DNA of 64,000 nucleotides from Rhynchopus sp. YZ270_cl-10. Lineage: Eukaryota. Positions 22,460-34,184 of the stretch are shown one piece after another; the stretch's first letter is position 1, and every line of letters begins with the position of its first letter. A program made the translations under genes and the position numbers. Below the pieces are notes generated by a model, which was not told the DNA's origin, made no database searches, and saw only the letters and a program-made list of their open reading frames with translations. Location of the stretch: assembly GCA_964035575.1 (NCBI GenBank), contig OZ037842.1, positions 1,736,001 to 1,800,000 on the forward strand, given 5' to 3'.

Positions 22460-23833
22460 ATGGTAGAAACGATTGTGTCATTGGTGCCTGCTGCGACTGA
22501 TGCGTTGTGCCGTCTTGGCCTCCGCCACGCCCTTGCAGGCCGTACGCAGACGTGCCAGTGGCCGCCAATTGTTGCAGGTGTGCCTGTTGTTGCGACGTGT
22601 GCGCTTCACCCTTCGGACTCACCACACATCACCGCAAACGTGTCGGACACAGATCTGGTCTTTGTGCCGGACTGCCGTGAGTGGCGTGACGTGTCTGGGC
22701 GGGACGGCGTTGCGCTGCTGCCCTGTGCCGCTTCCATTGCGCAGGGGATAGCGCTGGTCGAGACTGTTGCTGCTGCGTGCCGTGCTGAGACACGTGGACG
22801 ACGTGTTGCTGCCGCACTGACACAACGCCACCAACGTGCACGCGAGACGACACGACATATCCTCAAGAAGGCGCCCGAGCGTACCCGCCGCCGTGTCGCC
22901 CTCCTGCAAGGCCTCACTGTGCAGGGCGAGGTGTACGGGTGTGGCTACTGGGCAAGCGAGGCGATAGAGGATGCAGGTGGCGTCAGTGTTGTGCACGCAG
23001 CGAACGATCCGCGCCGCAAGGGGCCGCTGCTGATCACTGTTGACATCTTGAGGGAGCTTGCACCCGACGCGATTGTGGTGGGCGGCAGTGGGCACCAGGC
23101 TGCGGAGGTGGAGCTGCGTGAGAGTGGTCTGCTGCCACGTCTCGCTGCCGTGTGCCCCGTCTTCGCAGCCTCCTCTGGTGGCGACGCTGCGATTGCCCTC
23201 AGCGCCGCCGCAAAGGAAGGCGGTGCCTTTGCCATCTCCGCAGTCGAAGCCCTCAGCGAGGTGTGCCTCCCACAGCTCTTCGGCACCTACGGGCAGATCG
23301 TCCCCCTCGCGCAGGAAGCAGTCGAACGGCCTCTCCCGATTCCAGAGTACGCCAGCGTAGGTGGTGCAGGTGACCCGCGCCCAAGCTCCCCCTTTGGAGG
23401 GCGCGCATCAAGTTGCGGCAGTGACGGCAGTCTGCACGACGTAAGCATGGCACAGCCGATCACACAGTCGTCACCCCAACGTGAGCAGGCAAGCGCGTTA
23501 GAAGTGATGTACTCGAGACGTGATGTGAGTGCAGTTGTGTCGGCGCACGTTGCTTTGATAAGGAAAGGGGACTTTACGGCAGCACACATGCTGTACACAT
23601 CGAAGGCAAGACGGCACACGAGACGTGCTGCGTTGCGTTCCTTTGCGCCAGCCCTACAGAGGAAGCTACACATACACACCCCACAAGTGACGCTTGGCGG
23701 CGACAAAGGCCCAACAGCCTCAGTAATGGTGACCGTCACAGACCCAGACGTGTCGCATCTGGCATTCAGATGGGACCTGCAGGCAGTAGGACAGGAGTGG
23801 CTTGTTGTCGGCATTGCTGGGCTGCAACGCTGA
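22460..23833 (+). CDS. TroA/BtuF-like (cobalamin/siderophore) substrate-binding protein fused to a C-terminal DUF4864/NTF2-like domain
   Basis: IVSLVPAATDALCRLGL..ALAGRT..CQWP, GYWASEAIEDAGG, and LRELAPDAIVV resemble helical-backbone ABC receptors. The C-terminal VSAHVALIRKGDFTAAH...FRWDLQ...WLVVGI resembles DUF4864. Intronless. Confidence 0.7.
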   Translation: MVETIVSLVPAATDALCRLGLRHALAGRTQTCQWPPIVAGVPVVATCALHPSDSPHITANVSDTDLVFVPDCREWRDVSGRDGVALLPCAASIAQGIALVETVAAACRAETRGRRVAAALTQRHQRARETTRHILKKAPERTRRRVALLQGLTVQGEVYGCGYWASEAIEDAGGVSVVHAANDPRRKGPLLITVDILRELAPDAIVVGGSGHQAAEVELRESGLLPRLAAVCPVFAASSGGDAAIALSAAAKEGGAFAISAVEALSEVCLPQLFGTYGQIVPLAQEAVERPLPIPEYASVGGAGDPRPSSPFGGRASSCGSDGSLHDVSMAQPITQSSPQREQASALEVMYSRRDVSAVVSAHVALIRKGDFTAAHMLYTSKARRHTRRAALRSFAPALQRKLHIHTPQVTLGGDKGPTASVMVTVTDPDVSHLAFRWDLQAVGQEWLVVGIAGLQR

Positions 23834-24030
23834 AAAAACAAAACAATACCAAACTAATCTCGCAGGCATTTCCTGTGATCCCCCAATAGACTTTATGTAG
23901 TAGAAACACAGAAACCCTCTCCCCCTGAGCTCTGTTCATTTTCCTGGTATTCCGTTTTTTTTTTGACCAACTTTCTTTAAACACCACCGACAGGTACTTC
24001 ATTCGTTTGGAGGCCACAAACCTAAACAAA

Positions 24031-26489
24031 ATGTCACTTTCAATGCATGAGTACGACTTTGAGGATGTGGAGGACAAGGACCTTGAGGTGCTGCTCGAGG
24101 CGGCCCTTGAGGAGCAGGAGGCTGAGTGGGAAGAGGATGACGAGGACGACGAGAGCGACGAGGATGAACACGAGGCTGACGTCGATGAAGACGCAAGCGA
24201 CTACGAGGAGCAGAGCGACGAGCCTGAGAAGGCGCCCGAGCCGTGGATGCTCCCCCTGCCCGAGGTGACGAACAACATCTACCTCAAATCCTACTTCCCC
24301 GTCCTGAAGTGGCACCCGGGCAAGCAGCCCTCCGCCGCCGACCGCCGTGTCTGGGTGGTGGACCACTTCGCAAAGTCGTTCTACTGCCTCGACGCAAAGG
24401 GTGCCATGAAGAAGCAGCACGACGCCAACAAGCTCCTCCAGCTCGAGCGCAACATCATGGACCCCAAGCGTGCGCGTCTCATGTTCTTCGACGCACCCAA
24501 GTCTTACGAGATCATCTTCCAAAGCAACGAAGACCGTGAGCGCTTCTACGAGACAGGGTCCTCCATCCGCCCTGCCATCCGCGTGTACGCACCGAGTCTG
24601 ACGAAGCCCGACACTGCGCACGACGGAGGTTCGACGACGACGACCATCGACGGCGTGAAGGAGAACTCCGTCACGCAGAAGGTGCCTAACCCGTTCAAGA
24701 AGACAGGCGACCTTGTCGACCGTGAGCTGAGCGGACGCTGCAAGATCAACTCCTCGCTGGTGCAGGACGAACCTTGCACAGTCTGGACAGGCACCTTCAA
24801 CATGTGTGGTGCACCACCACCACGCGACTCGAACTCGCTTGAGGAGTGGATGCCACGTGGCAAGTACGACCTGTACGCAGTGGCGTGCCAGGAGGTGTCT
24901 TACCAGAAGGAGGAGGGTGAGTGGTTCGAGTACGTGCAGAACTACCTCGGCAAGGAATACCTCGTGCTTGCGAGCATGCAGCTGTGGGACATCACCATGA
25001 TCGTGCTGTGCAGAAAGAAGTGTCTGCTCAAGATCACGAACGTCGAGGGGTCGACCAAGGCCACGCTGCACAAGGAGAAGTGCGGAATGAAGGGTGCTGC
25101 GGGTATCTGCCTGAAGTTCCACAACACCTCGATGGCGTTCCTGTCGTGCCACCTGGCAGCGCGTCTGGAGCGCACGAAGATGCGCCGCATCAACGTCGAG
25201 GAGATTGTGAACCAGATCCTCCTTGCGAACAAGGACACCGACTTCTCGGAGCAGTTCCACCACGCCTTCCTCATGGGCGACCTGAACTACCGTGTGGAGA
25301 TGGAGGGTGCAGAGGCAGAGCCTCTTGTCCAGCAGAAGAACTGGCTCGAGCTGCTCAACCAGGACCAGCTCCTCACGGAGATGCGCGAGTCTGGCTTGCT
25401 CCATGGCTTCAAGGAGGCACCCATCACTTTCCCCCCTACGTACAGATATAGGGTGGGCGGTACCGACTACATGCGCGACCGCGGACGTGCCCCTAGCTAC
25501 ACGGACCGTATTTTGGTCAAGAGTCTGGAGAACACAGACATCAAGTGCACAAGCTACAATGCAGCAGAGACGATCCGCACCAGCGAGCACTTCCCTGTCT
25601 CTGCGACGTACCAGATTCGCTGTGTGCGCCCGCACGCGTCGTGCTTCCACCGCGACCAGGAGCCGCGTCCGCAGTTCAACTTCACGTCTGTGCGCTTCAC
25701 GGACCAGACACATCTTATGTTCCGCAAGCCCATGGTGCAGATGTACACACCCTTCTCGGAGGCTGCACACAAGGGCAAGCCCATCAAGGCCTCCACCATG
25801 CTGCCTGAGTTCAGCGGCGAGTCGCTGCCCGAGCCCATCAAGATGAACATCCACATGACGGAGTACCTTGAGCGCAACTCCATTTTGATCATCTTCCGTG
25901 ACGAGGCCGAGCCACGTGAGGACAAGAAGTTCCGCGGCAGTGCTGCCATGAGCATGAAGGAGCGTGTTGAGCCCTACGACGAGGAGCGCGAATGCGACCT
26001 TGAGGTGCTCTGCCTGGGCCGCAAGGTGGGTATTGTCAACGTCAAGTACAAGGTATGTCTTTATTTGTTTAATATGCAATGCCTGCGTCCGAACGGTGAG
26101 GTGTTCTGCACTCCTTCTTTCTTTTCTTTTCTACGTTTTGCAAAACACACAACATAAAAAGAAAGATGGGACCATTTTTGTTGATCCCTCACCATATACT
26201 ATCAATTTATTGATTGCATATGATGAAAATACTTCTTCGACCTGCAGTACAAGAGAAATTGCAATAACGTGACAGAAGGGGCACCTTAACAATCTCTATG
26301 GTCAAACAACCTTCATGAAATAATGGAATTTTCTGGAAAAAAACTGCCTTCAAAACACAGGTGACGAACTACGGATACACACCACCGCCCGGATGCACTG
26401 AAGGGCGTGTGCCCAAGGAGACCCTCATGGACCCTGATGCAGGAGTAGCGTCTGAGGCTGGCGACGACGAAGACGAAGACGAGGAATAG
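24031..26489 (+). CDS. Inositol polyphosphate 5-phosphatase with acidic N-terminus, PH-like and C2-like regions (exons 24031-26052, 26361-26489)
   Basis: WTGTFNM, YAVACQE, KGAAGI, SCHLAA, FLMGDLNYR, EAPITFPPTYRY, APSYTDRIL, SEHFPV: complete IPPc motif set. Confidence 0.92.
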
Positions 26490-27041
26490 AACAGGGGGTG
26501 AAATGAAACGTACCATCCTCTCATGCAAAGAACGTACAAGAAAAAGAAGAAAAAATAGGGGATGGGGATTTGTTTTGCTCTTGCTGTCGGGTTTGGACAA
26601 AAGAGGGGAAAAAAAAATGTTGAGAAGGGGTGAAGATCCCCCACTCAACGTCATTTGATTTTTTTTTCTTTTTCTTTTTTCTGTTCCTTTCAGCAGTTGG
26701 GGTCTGTTTTCCCCTTTTTTTCTTTTTTCTTTTTTCTTTTTGCATTTTTATTTTGGCTTTTGGTTCCGGTTTTCTTCTTCTTCTTTTTCATCGGCGGAAA
26801 ACCCGGTGAGAAGGGGGGGAAATATACCTACAACCTTGAGTGGATTTCCACCCTAGCTTTCAAAAAAAAATGAGGTTTCAGGGCAAGATTTCTACCTCAC
26901 ACTAGTATTAGTATCACCAGGCAAAAACCCAGCACATGAGGGTATTGAGGTGCTGTTTTGTTGTGCTTTGCAAAAAACCTGTGTATGAGAGGCGCGCTCA
27001 GCTTTTCTAGTTTTCCTTTCTTTCCTTTCTTTTTCTTTTTT

Positions 27042-27198
27042 TACGCGCACTACTTTGTGAGCGGAAAGTGTCACGTCGTTCACCCACCCAACCGTGCTCC
27101 GCAACACCACCACCCAACAGGTGATTTTTAGTGTGTGGAAGCGTCAACGCATCAAACAACTACAAGAAGGGGGGTGAGGGAACGACAAGTGACACTTT
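27042..27198. repeat. Dispersed hairpin-forming repeat, copy A (long form)
   Basis: Shares cactactttgtgagcggaaagtgtc...aagcgtcaacgcatcaaacaactacaagaagggg...tgagggaacgaca..gtgacac with 53676-53780. Confidence 0.85.
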
Positions 27199-29333
27199 TC
27201 TCATAGGTTACGAACGGGTATTCGTGTTTTTGAGGGCGTTTTTCGGACGCGCATTCGTGACCTATGTTTTCTTTTAAAAAATAATTTTTTTTGCACGGTG
27301 TTCAACGGATGTGTTCTTTCTAACAAAAAAACAAACGGTGTAGTGGATAGCATCCTCAGGTGCCTACACTGATACAACCAAAGCTTTCAACAGACAAAAC
27401 AATGTATAGTTTGTTTCAAACAAAAAAATTGAGTATCCATTTTTTTCCGATGTGAGAAGAGTAATGACAGAGAACGGCATATGCTTATAATGTAGAGGTG
27501 GGTAAGAGAGACGATTGTTTAGTCCCTGATATGGGAGGGACAAATCATAGAAAATGGACGGCATTGCTTAAGGTGACTTCAGTACAGTTCATCAAAAAAA
27601 AAAAAACCCCCCTTTTTTTTTTTCTTTTCCCAACAAAACCAAATACAAGCAACAAAAAAAAGTTATGGGTGGAACACATCCTGTGTCTACACTTACTAAA
27701 CATTTTCAAATAAAAAAAAGAACTAAAAAAAAAAAAAACACAAGAGACAAAAAGTAATATTATAAACAACATGGAGTGAGAGAGACCAATCGCGTATCTC
27801 AATTCTTTAGATAGAAATGAGCCATTTTTGTTACCTAAAAAGAAACACACAAAAAAAAACCTTTTTTTTTTCCAATTTTGTCTTCGAAATATAAGAGTCT
27901 TTACGAGAAGATTTGCCTTTTTTTTTTTTAAAAACCGGTTCGGCCGTATTTGATAGACTTTTTCTTTGCCTGTCTTTGATGGCGACTAAGAGGCTTAGGT
28001 TCATCTTCTTTTATCTTGAAACGTGAAAGATGCAAAGTGTACACGAGGGTCGCATGCATCTATCCAAAAGCTTTTATTTTTGTGCTTTCATCCGAATGGC
28101 TGGCATCGTGGGTCAGTCGGAGGTGCCTGCATCAGTACCTACCATTTATTCATGAGGTGGCTAATCACACGAGAGGTTTAGCTCATCTTCACCAGTTTTT
28201 TTTCTTTTCAATACAATTTTCCTTACAAAAATGTTTGCGCCTTTCGTCCCTTTTTTCTGATTTTTATGTGCAGTCCATTGAGGATTCGACTTTTTTCTTT
28301 TATTCGAAAAAAAAATAAATACGCGCACAAAAACAAAAACAAAAAACATAGCACTTTGAATGCAAAAAACAAACAAACAATAAAAGCTACTTTCTTGAGG
28401 ACGATTTTGCGTCTTATCATTTTAGTACAAAAGCCTATCAGGCAACTTTGAGGAAAAACTTTGTTGATAAATAACAAAAAACCAAAAAAAAAAAGCAACA
28501 GAAATTTCTTAGAAATAGCAATGCCGTGATGACCAAATACAGTATTTTTTTAAAGAAAAGATGTGGTTGAAAAAGCAAAAAACGCACAAAGTCCTCACAA
28601 AGCGACCTTTTTTTTGGACTCAGCCACACCAAAAAGAAGTACTTATTGTACCCCCAGATACTCTCTTTTCCATGAATAAAAATGTGGAGAAAGTATGCGA
28701 AGCCAAATTCTTTTTATCTCGCGTCTACATTAAAAGCTTGTTGTCGCCTCACAAACGCTTCTCTGTCTCTCACTCGGTTGATGTGTGTCTTATTATTTTT
28801 ACAAGAAACCTCCTTTTTTCTTTCTCTTCACAAGGAACTATTCTCGCACCCAATATATCGAACATATCTTACATCATTTTGCAAAAAAAACAAAAAAAAA
28901 CAAACAAGAAGAAAAGTATTCAGGGCAGGACACAAAACAAAACAAAATTTATAAATAAAAAAGCAAAAAGCACAACCCAACAACATTCGCCATGATGTTG
29001 ACTTATACAGATTTCCATTTCTTTGCCGTTTTTATCTTTTTTGTCTTTCAAAAAAAAAAAATGCCTCCCCACACCGCACACCCTGTTGAACACAATCATT
29101 CCCTTCCTCCTCTTCCTCCTCTCCCCCCGCTATCTTTCCCATGTAGGGGAGGTAGTAAATTTCTTACAACTCACAGAACATACACAAATTTTTAGGTAAT
29201 AAAGGCCCTGGGGGCTTTGGGGGGAGACAGCTGTTTGGTAGATTTGGTTTGTGTGCTGCGAACCGTAGAGAGTGCTTCGTCTGTCGTTGTCGTTGTCTGT
29301 CTGTATAGACTGCTGTCCGTTTGCTGAGATACG

Positions 29334-30980
29334 ATGCACAACGCACACCAGGCTGTGAACCACACCTACAGCGAGGAAGGGTCCAGCGAGCACGACGGCG
29401 AGTCGGGCATCTCTGCGCCAAATGCGTCGGCACCGAAGGTCCGACAGACAATCTTTCTGTACCTCGGCTCCGGAAGCTTTCTGTTAGGGGTCATCCTTGG
29501 GAGTATGTCACCCTTTATCCATTTTACCTTATTTTTTGCCGTTTCCAACCTTTAGCCTATTCTATCTTAGTTCACCCATGGCTGGCTGCGGGCCAGGAGG
29601 TGCATCAATACCATTTTATAATTTTCCAAACCCAATCACAGTTGTTGGCCTCTCGTTGGGATGGATCGACGGACACAACTTTCCCGTTGTGATTGGTGGG
29701 TACTGTGCAGCGCTGTCGGCTGTGTTGTCTGTGTTTCAAATTATGGAGCATTTGAGTGCGTTTTTGGACCCTGATGTGCAGTCACGTATGATCAGGATCC
29801 TGGTGATGGTGCCGCTGTACGGAGTGACCAGCTACATTGCGATGAACTACCAGAGTGCCGCCACGGTGCTCGACCTTGTGCGCGACAGTTACGAGAGCTA
29901 CGCGCTGTACACCTTCTTCTCGCTCATGATGGGCCTTCTGGGCGGCACAGACGCACTCCTAAGGGAGCTCATGGCGCAGAGTGGCGAGCCCTTCCCGCAC
30001 CCATGGCCACTGTGCGGGCTCAAGCCCTACTCATTCAGCCCGACCACGCTGCACCGCATCAGGATCTCGATCCTGCAGTTCATGGTGCTCAAACCGCTTT
30101 GCGCTATTGTCATCATTATTTTGCACGCAAAAGGAAAGTACAAAAATACGGACCACCTTTTTGACTTTGAATATGTATGTGACATTTTACAAAAAAAACA
30201 TATATTGGAGCACACTCTAGGGTGGTTACACTAAATTCTAAGTCTAATACAACCAAGTTTTCAAAAAAAAAAAACAAATACACAGGGCTATGTGTACCTC
30301 ACGTTTGTCTACAACGTGTCGATCTCAGTCGCACTCTACGGTCTGATGTACTTTTACCAAAGCGCAAAGGAGCTGCTGCGCGAGCACAACCCGTTCATGA
30401 AGTTCCTGTGCATCAAGGGTGTCCTCTTCCTCTCGTACTGGCAGTCGCTGCTGATCGCGATCCTCAGCGCTACAGGAAGTCTTCCGAAGCTGCAGATGTG
30501 GAGCCACGACGGAGGGGACCAGGCAGCAGGATGGCAGGTATTCACAGTGTTTCAACTCTTATATTTTTACAACATTACCACAACACAGGACTTCCTGATC
30601 TGCTGTGAGATGCTTATATTTGCGATGCTCCACAAATTCGTGTTTGGAGTACAGGAGGTGAACGACCATCAAAGGGTATGCCAAGCAAAGCTTTGTCACT
30701 TAAACAGCATTATACGATACTGCGCCAGACCAGGGTTTTTTGGGAATTTCTGTCACCAACTCCCTAAGATGATACGTGCATCAAGGCACACACACGAGCC
30801 ATCATCAAAGGTGTACCAGAACGTATTTACCTAACACAACCCAATGTAACCAACATCACACAGGATGAGTCCATTCTCCCCGTGGCACGTGCAGACATGT
30901 GGCGCAACTTCAAGCTGACACTCAAACACGAGGATGTACGCAGCGACTTCAAAGACATCTGGTCGTTCGGTAACATCTAG
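29334..30980 (+). CDS. TMEM184: TMEM184 / organic solute transporter alpha (LAZ1-like) membrane protein; exons ~29334-29502, 29642-30174, 30286-30537, 30589-30676, 30864-30980
   Basis: RILVMVPLY, RDSYESYALYTFFSL, ILQFMVLKP, YNVSISVALYGL, PFMKFLCIKGVLFLSYWQ, QDFLICCEM match the Solute_trans_a family. Confidence 0.9.
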
Positions 30981-32020
30981 GGAAGGGGAGGGGTGGTTCT
31001 ACTGCTTTTTAGATGTGTCCGTGACGGACACATTCATCCTTCACGCCTTATTTTTATCCCAAGCCGTTTCTTCATCTTTTTTCTAACTGTCCTTTTTATA
31101 TTTGTTGAAAATATTTGTAAAAATACTTTAATTGGGTTAGATCCGTCTGGCTTTTAGTGAACACCTATGTAACCATACTTCAGAGAACGACGTATGGCGT
31201 TGCACCGCGTATTTGACAATGTAGTGGGTAAGGTAGCTAAGGGCGTGGGGCTTAGGTTAGTAACGCCTTTTCTTTTAGTAGGTGACTAAAGCACCAGAGG
31301 CTCAGTCTCATCTTACCAGCTATTTTTTTTTGTGAGGAGTGGGCAAGATAGTCCCTCATTTAAGTGTATTTGCACTTTTTTTTGATTCAATTGAACACAG
31401 AAGGGGAATTACTTTCCTGAGTGACTGATATGTGTGGGTAAGGTTTTCTATCAGATTCCTGGAAATCTGAATAGCCAACAGGGTCAAGGGTGTATAATTC
31501 AGGTCTTTTTTGTTGTTTTGTTTTGGTGTACCCGTCAGGTACATTCACCTTTCAAGCTGTCTCTTTTTTTTTTTACAAATATTTAACTCATGCATGTTTT
31601 CTGACTCAATGGCAATGTTTATTTTATAATTGTGGCCAACACTAACAACTCTTTGAAATATATGTGCGTGTACCCGAGACACATGATCTGAATTTTCTTG
31701 TTTGTGCCAGCTGACTTTCGTGAGAAGGCTCTTCGAGTTATGCCAAATGTGTCGTAAGCGAACCCACTGCCTGTACCTCACCTATCTGAGTGTCTTCAAT
31801 ATGTTCGTGGTTAAACTTCGCCACTAATCCATCAAGTGGAACCATCAAGTGACTCGCAAAGTATGCCTCAATAATAAAACAATAAACACACACAGCGAAA
31901 CTGAAAGAGAAACAAACCAAAAAAGGAATACCTTGGCAGACATATTTTCCCTTTCCTCCACAGCGGCACTTTATTCACTCTTTTTGTTTCAGTAAAATAA
32001 AGCATACTAAACACACAACA

Positions 32021-32770
32021 ATGATGTCAAAGGCAGGACTCGCAATGGCCGCAGCCTTCGTGGCCCTGGCACAGGGTGCACCCTCTTCAGGAACAGTGGA
32101 GCTGCTGGAGGCACCGGAGGTGAACGGTGTGCGGACGAACGCCCCTGGGCTGCACGTGACCCTGCTGTCGTCTGGGGTGGACGCGTGGCCGAACCTTGAC
32201 GGGTCGACGCTGCGCGACGTGCCGCCGTTTATGCGCCTCATGCCAACGACGCTGGCGAACTGGCAAATGAAGTCCGGGACAACGGTGAAGTTCTCGTGCC
32301 CGAACGAGCCTTCCCTGATTGATGTGTGCGACGCATGGGTGTTCTTCTACAGCTGCCCGCAGAGCTGTGTGACGACGTACCAGGGCGGTCTGCAGGGCCA
32401 GCTTGCGGCACTGCCCGGCTGGGAGAGGACACAGTGCGCACCGTCGTTCTGGACGAACGCACCCGGGATGACCTTCGTGCACCCGATGGGAAGCTTCAGA
32501 ATGCAGCTGGCACCCGGCCAGTCGACTGAGTTTGACCTTCAGGACGACGCAGAGTTCCTTGGCTTCGGGATTGACTCGAACGGAGAGGACTGCACGAAGC
32601 ACATGGACGAGAACGCCTGCCCTGTGGCGGGAGGCCGCTGCAGATGGGAGTCGGGTGCGTGCGTGAACCAGTCCTGCAAGGGCCGCTTCGGACCGCCGCC
32701 GCCGTGCCGTGAGTGCCCCTGGGAGGGAGTTGTGCGCGTTGCTCGCCCTGCCTCTGACGGTCCGTTTTAA
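32021..32770 (+). CDS. Secreted hypothetical protein with Cys-rich C-terminus
   Basis: Signal peptide-like MMSKAGLAMAAAFVALAQG, strong GC3 bias, 249 aa. Confidence 0.75.
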   Translation: MMSKAGLAMAAAFVALAQGAPSSGTVELLEAPEVNGVRTNAPGLHVTLLSSGVDAWPNLDGSTLRDVPPFMRLMPTTLANWQMKSGTTVKFSCPNEPSLIDVCDAWVFFYSCPQSCVTTYQGGLQGQLAALPGWERTQCAPSFWTNAPGMTFVHPMGSFRMQLAPGQSTEFDLQDDAEFLGFGIDSNGEDCTKHMDENACPVAGGRCRWESGACVNQSCKGRFGPPPPCRECPWEGVVRVARPASDGPF

Positions 32771-34184
32771 GTAGAATGACAGGATGTCACCTGGAGGAGA
32801 GAGAGCGTGAGAGTGAGGAGGGGCTCGGCCGTGGCGGAAGCTGTGGCGGCTGACAACACATGAAACACCGAACACAAAATACAGCACACTGTGGGTTGCC
32901 GTTCCATTCTCGCTCTCTCTCTCTCTCTCTGTTTCTTTATTTTCCCCAAGAAAAATTCCTCCAATTCAGCAACAAAACAAAATAGAATCAAAAACCAACC
33001 CCCATCCATTACCAGCTTCCACTTTCCACTTGTTAGTACCAGAGGAGTGCTTGTACGGCCTTCTTTTATGTGCTGCGAGGTTTAGTGAAGCGGGCTTGTC
33101 TTCCGATATGAATCTGCAAATTATCCACAGGGAGCGCATTGCATCATATGCTCCGTGGAACGTATCAAGCAGTTCCCCATATTCCCCTTTTTTTAAAACG
33201 CTCTTTTATCCGTTTTTTGTTTTTTATGCTCTTCGCCGGTTTTTTCATTTTCATTTCCCTTTCCCGTTCGCACTACAAATGTGACTTCTCACCACACCCG
33301 AAGGGCAAAACGATGTTCAGACAAAGCAATATCACCCGACTCTCTATTTTGCACTTTTCGTTTTATTGTCTCTTTTTTCTTCTTTGTTCACTGTTTACTT
33401 TTCCTTGTATGCCAGGCCTGTCATAGTTTTGTCTTGCCTGTCGGATGGTGTACAAGGATGGGTTTTGTCTTTGCGGTCCGGATCCGCTACCGTGTGGGTT
33501 CAGCCTCTTGACAAACCACCACCGAACGCTTTGTTTTGTTTTTATTTTGTATTTTTTTCTTCCTACAAAACAACATGTGTGTCCCTTCATATGAGTTACG
33601 GCATCTCCTCTTCGCACTGTGCTGTGGGCACACCCCAGACAAGGGGTGCTGCATATACAACACATCCTTCTGCTTTAGTCACATAAGCACAAAAAAGCAA
33701 AAGGATATGCGGTGGGATTGCGACACGCTGTGGCAGAAGACCCAGGTAACACAATCACGTGGAAAACTGTTTTTTTTAAAAAGCAAACACACAAAACACA
33801 ATTGAACAATGAAAACAAGAAATAGCCACCTTCTTATTTCCCTCTTTTTTGCTCAGGTTGCTACGTTCCTAGCAGGTCCTTCCACACATGAAGTGTGTCT
33901 GCCTTCAGCACCCAGGTAGCATTCCCAGCACCTTTTACCCTCAGGCAGACCTTCATAGTTTCAGGAGGAGTGCCACAAAAGGCCCGGATGCAATTTAACG
34001 TCCAGCCGAGGACGTTCTTAGCAAAGTACATGCAAACGCCATCGCGTTATCACCATGGCCAGACCACACCACCAAGCATGTCATTTTTTACAGGTGATTC
34101 ATCTACACAGAATATAAACAGCAAGCCGAAGCCAATCAGGCCGCCTTTTCCTTTTTGTACACACCTCGTTCTTGCAAGGCAACA

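Noticed and set aside
24040..26079. 679-aa minus-strand ORF (and similar ones at 576-1508, 21376-22362, 32087-32887)
   Set aside because: Antisense shadows of GC3-biased + strand genes; no recognisable motifs.
26500..29300. Long A/T-tract-rich region with many short K/F-rich ORFs
   Set aside because: Low-complexity intergenic DNA; the ORFs are compositional artefacts.
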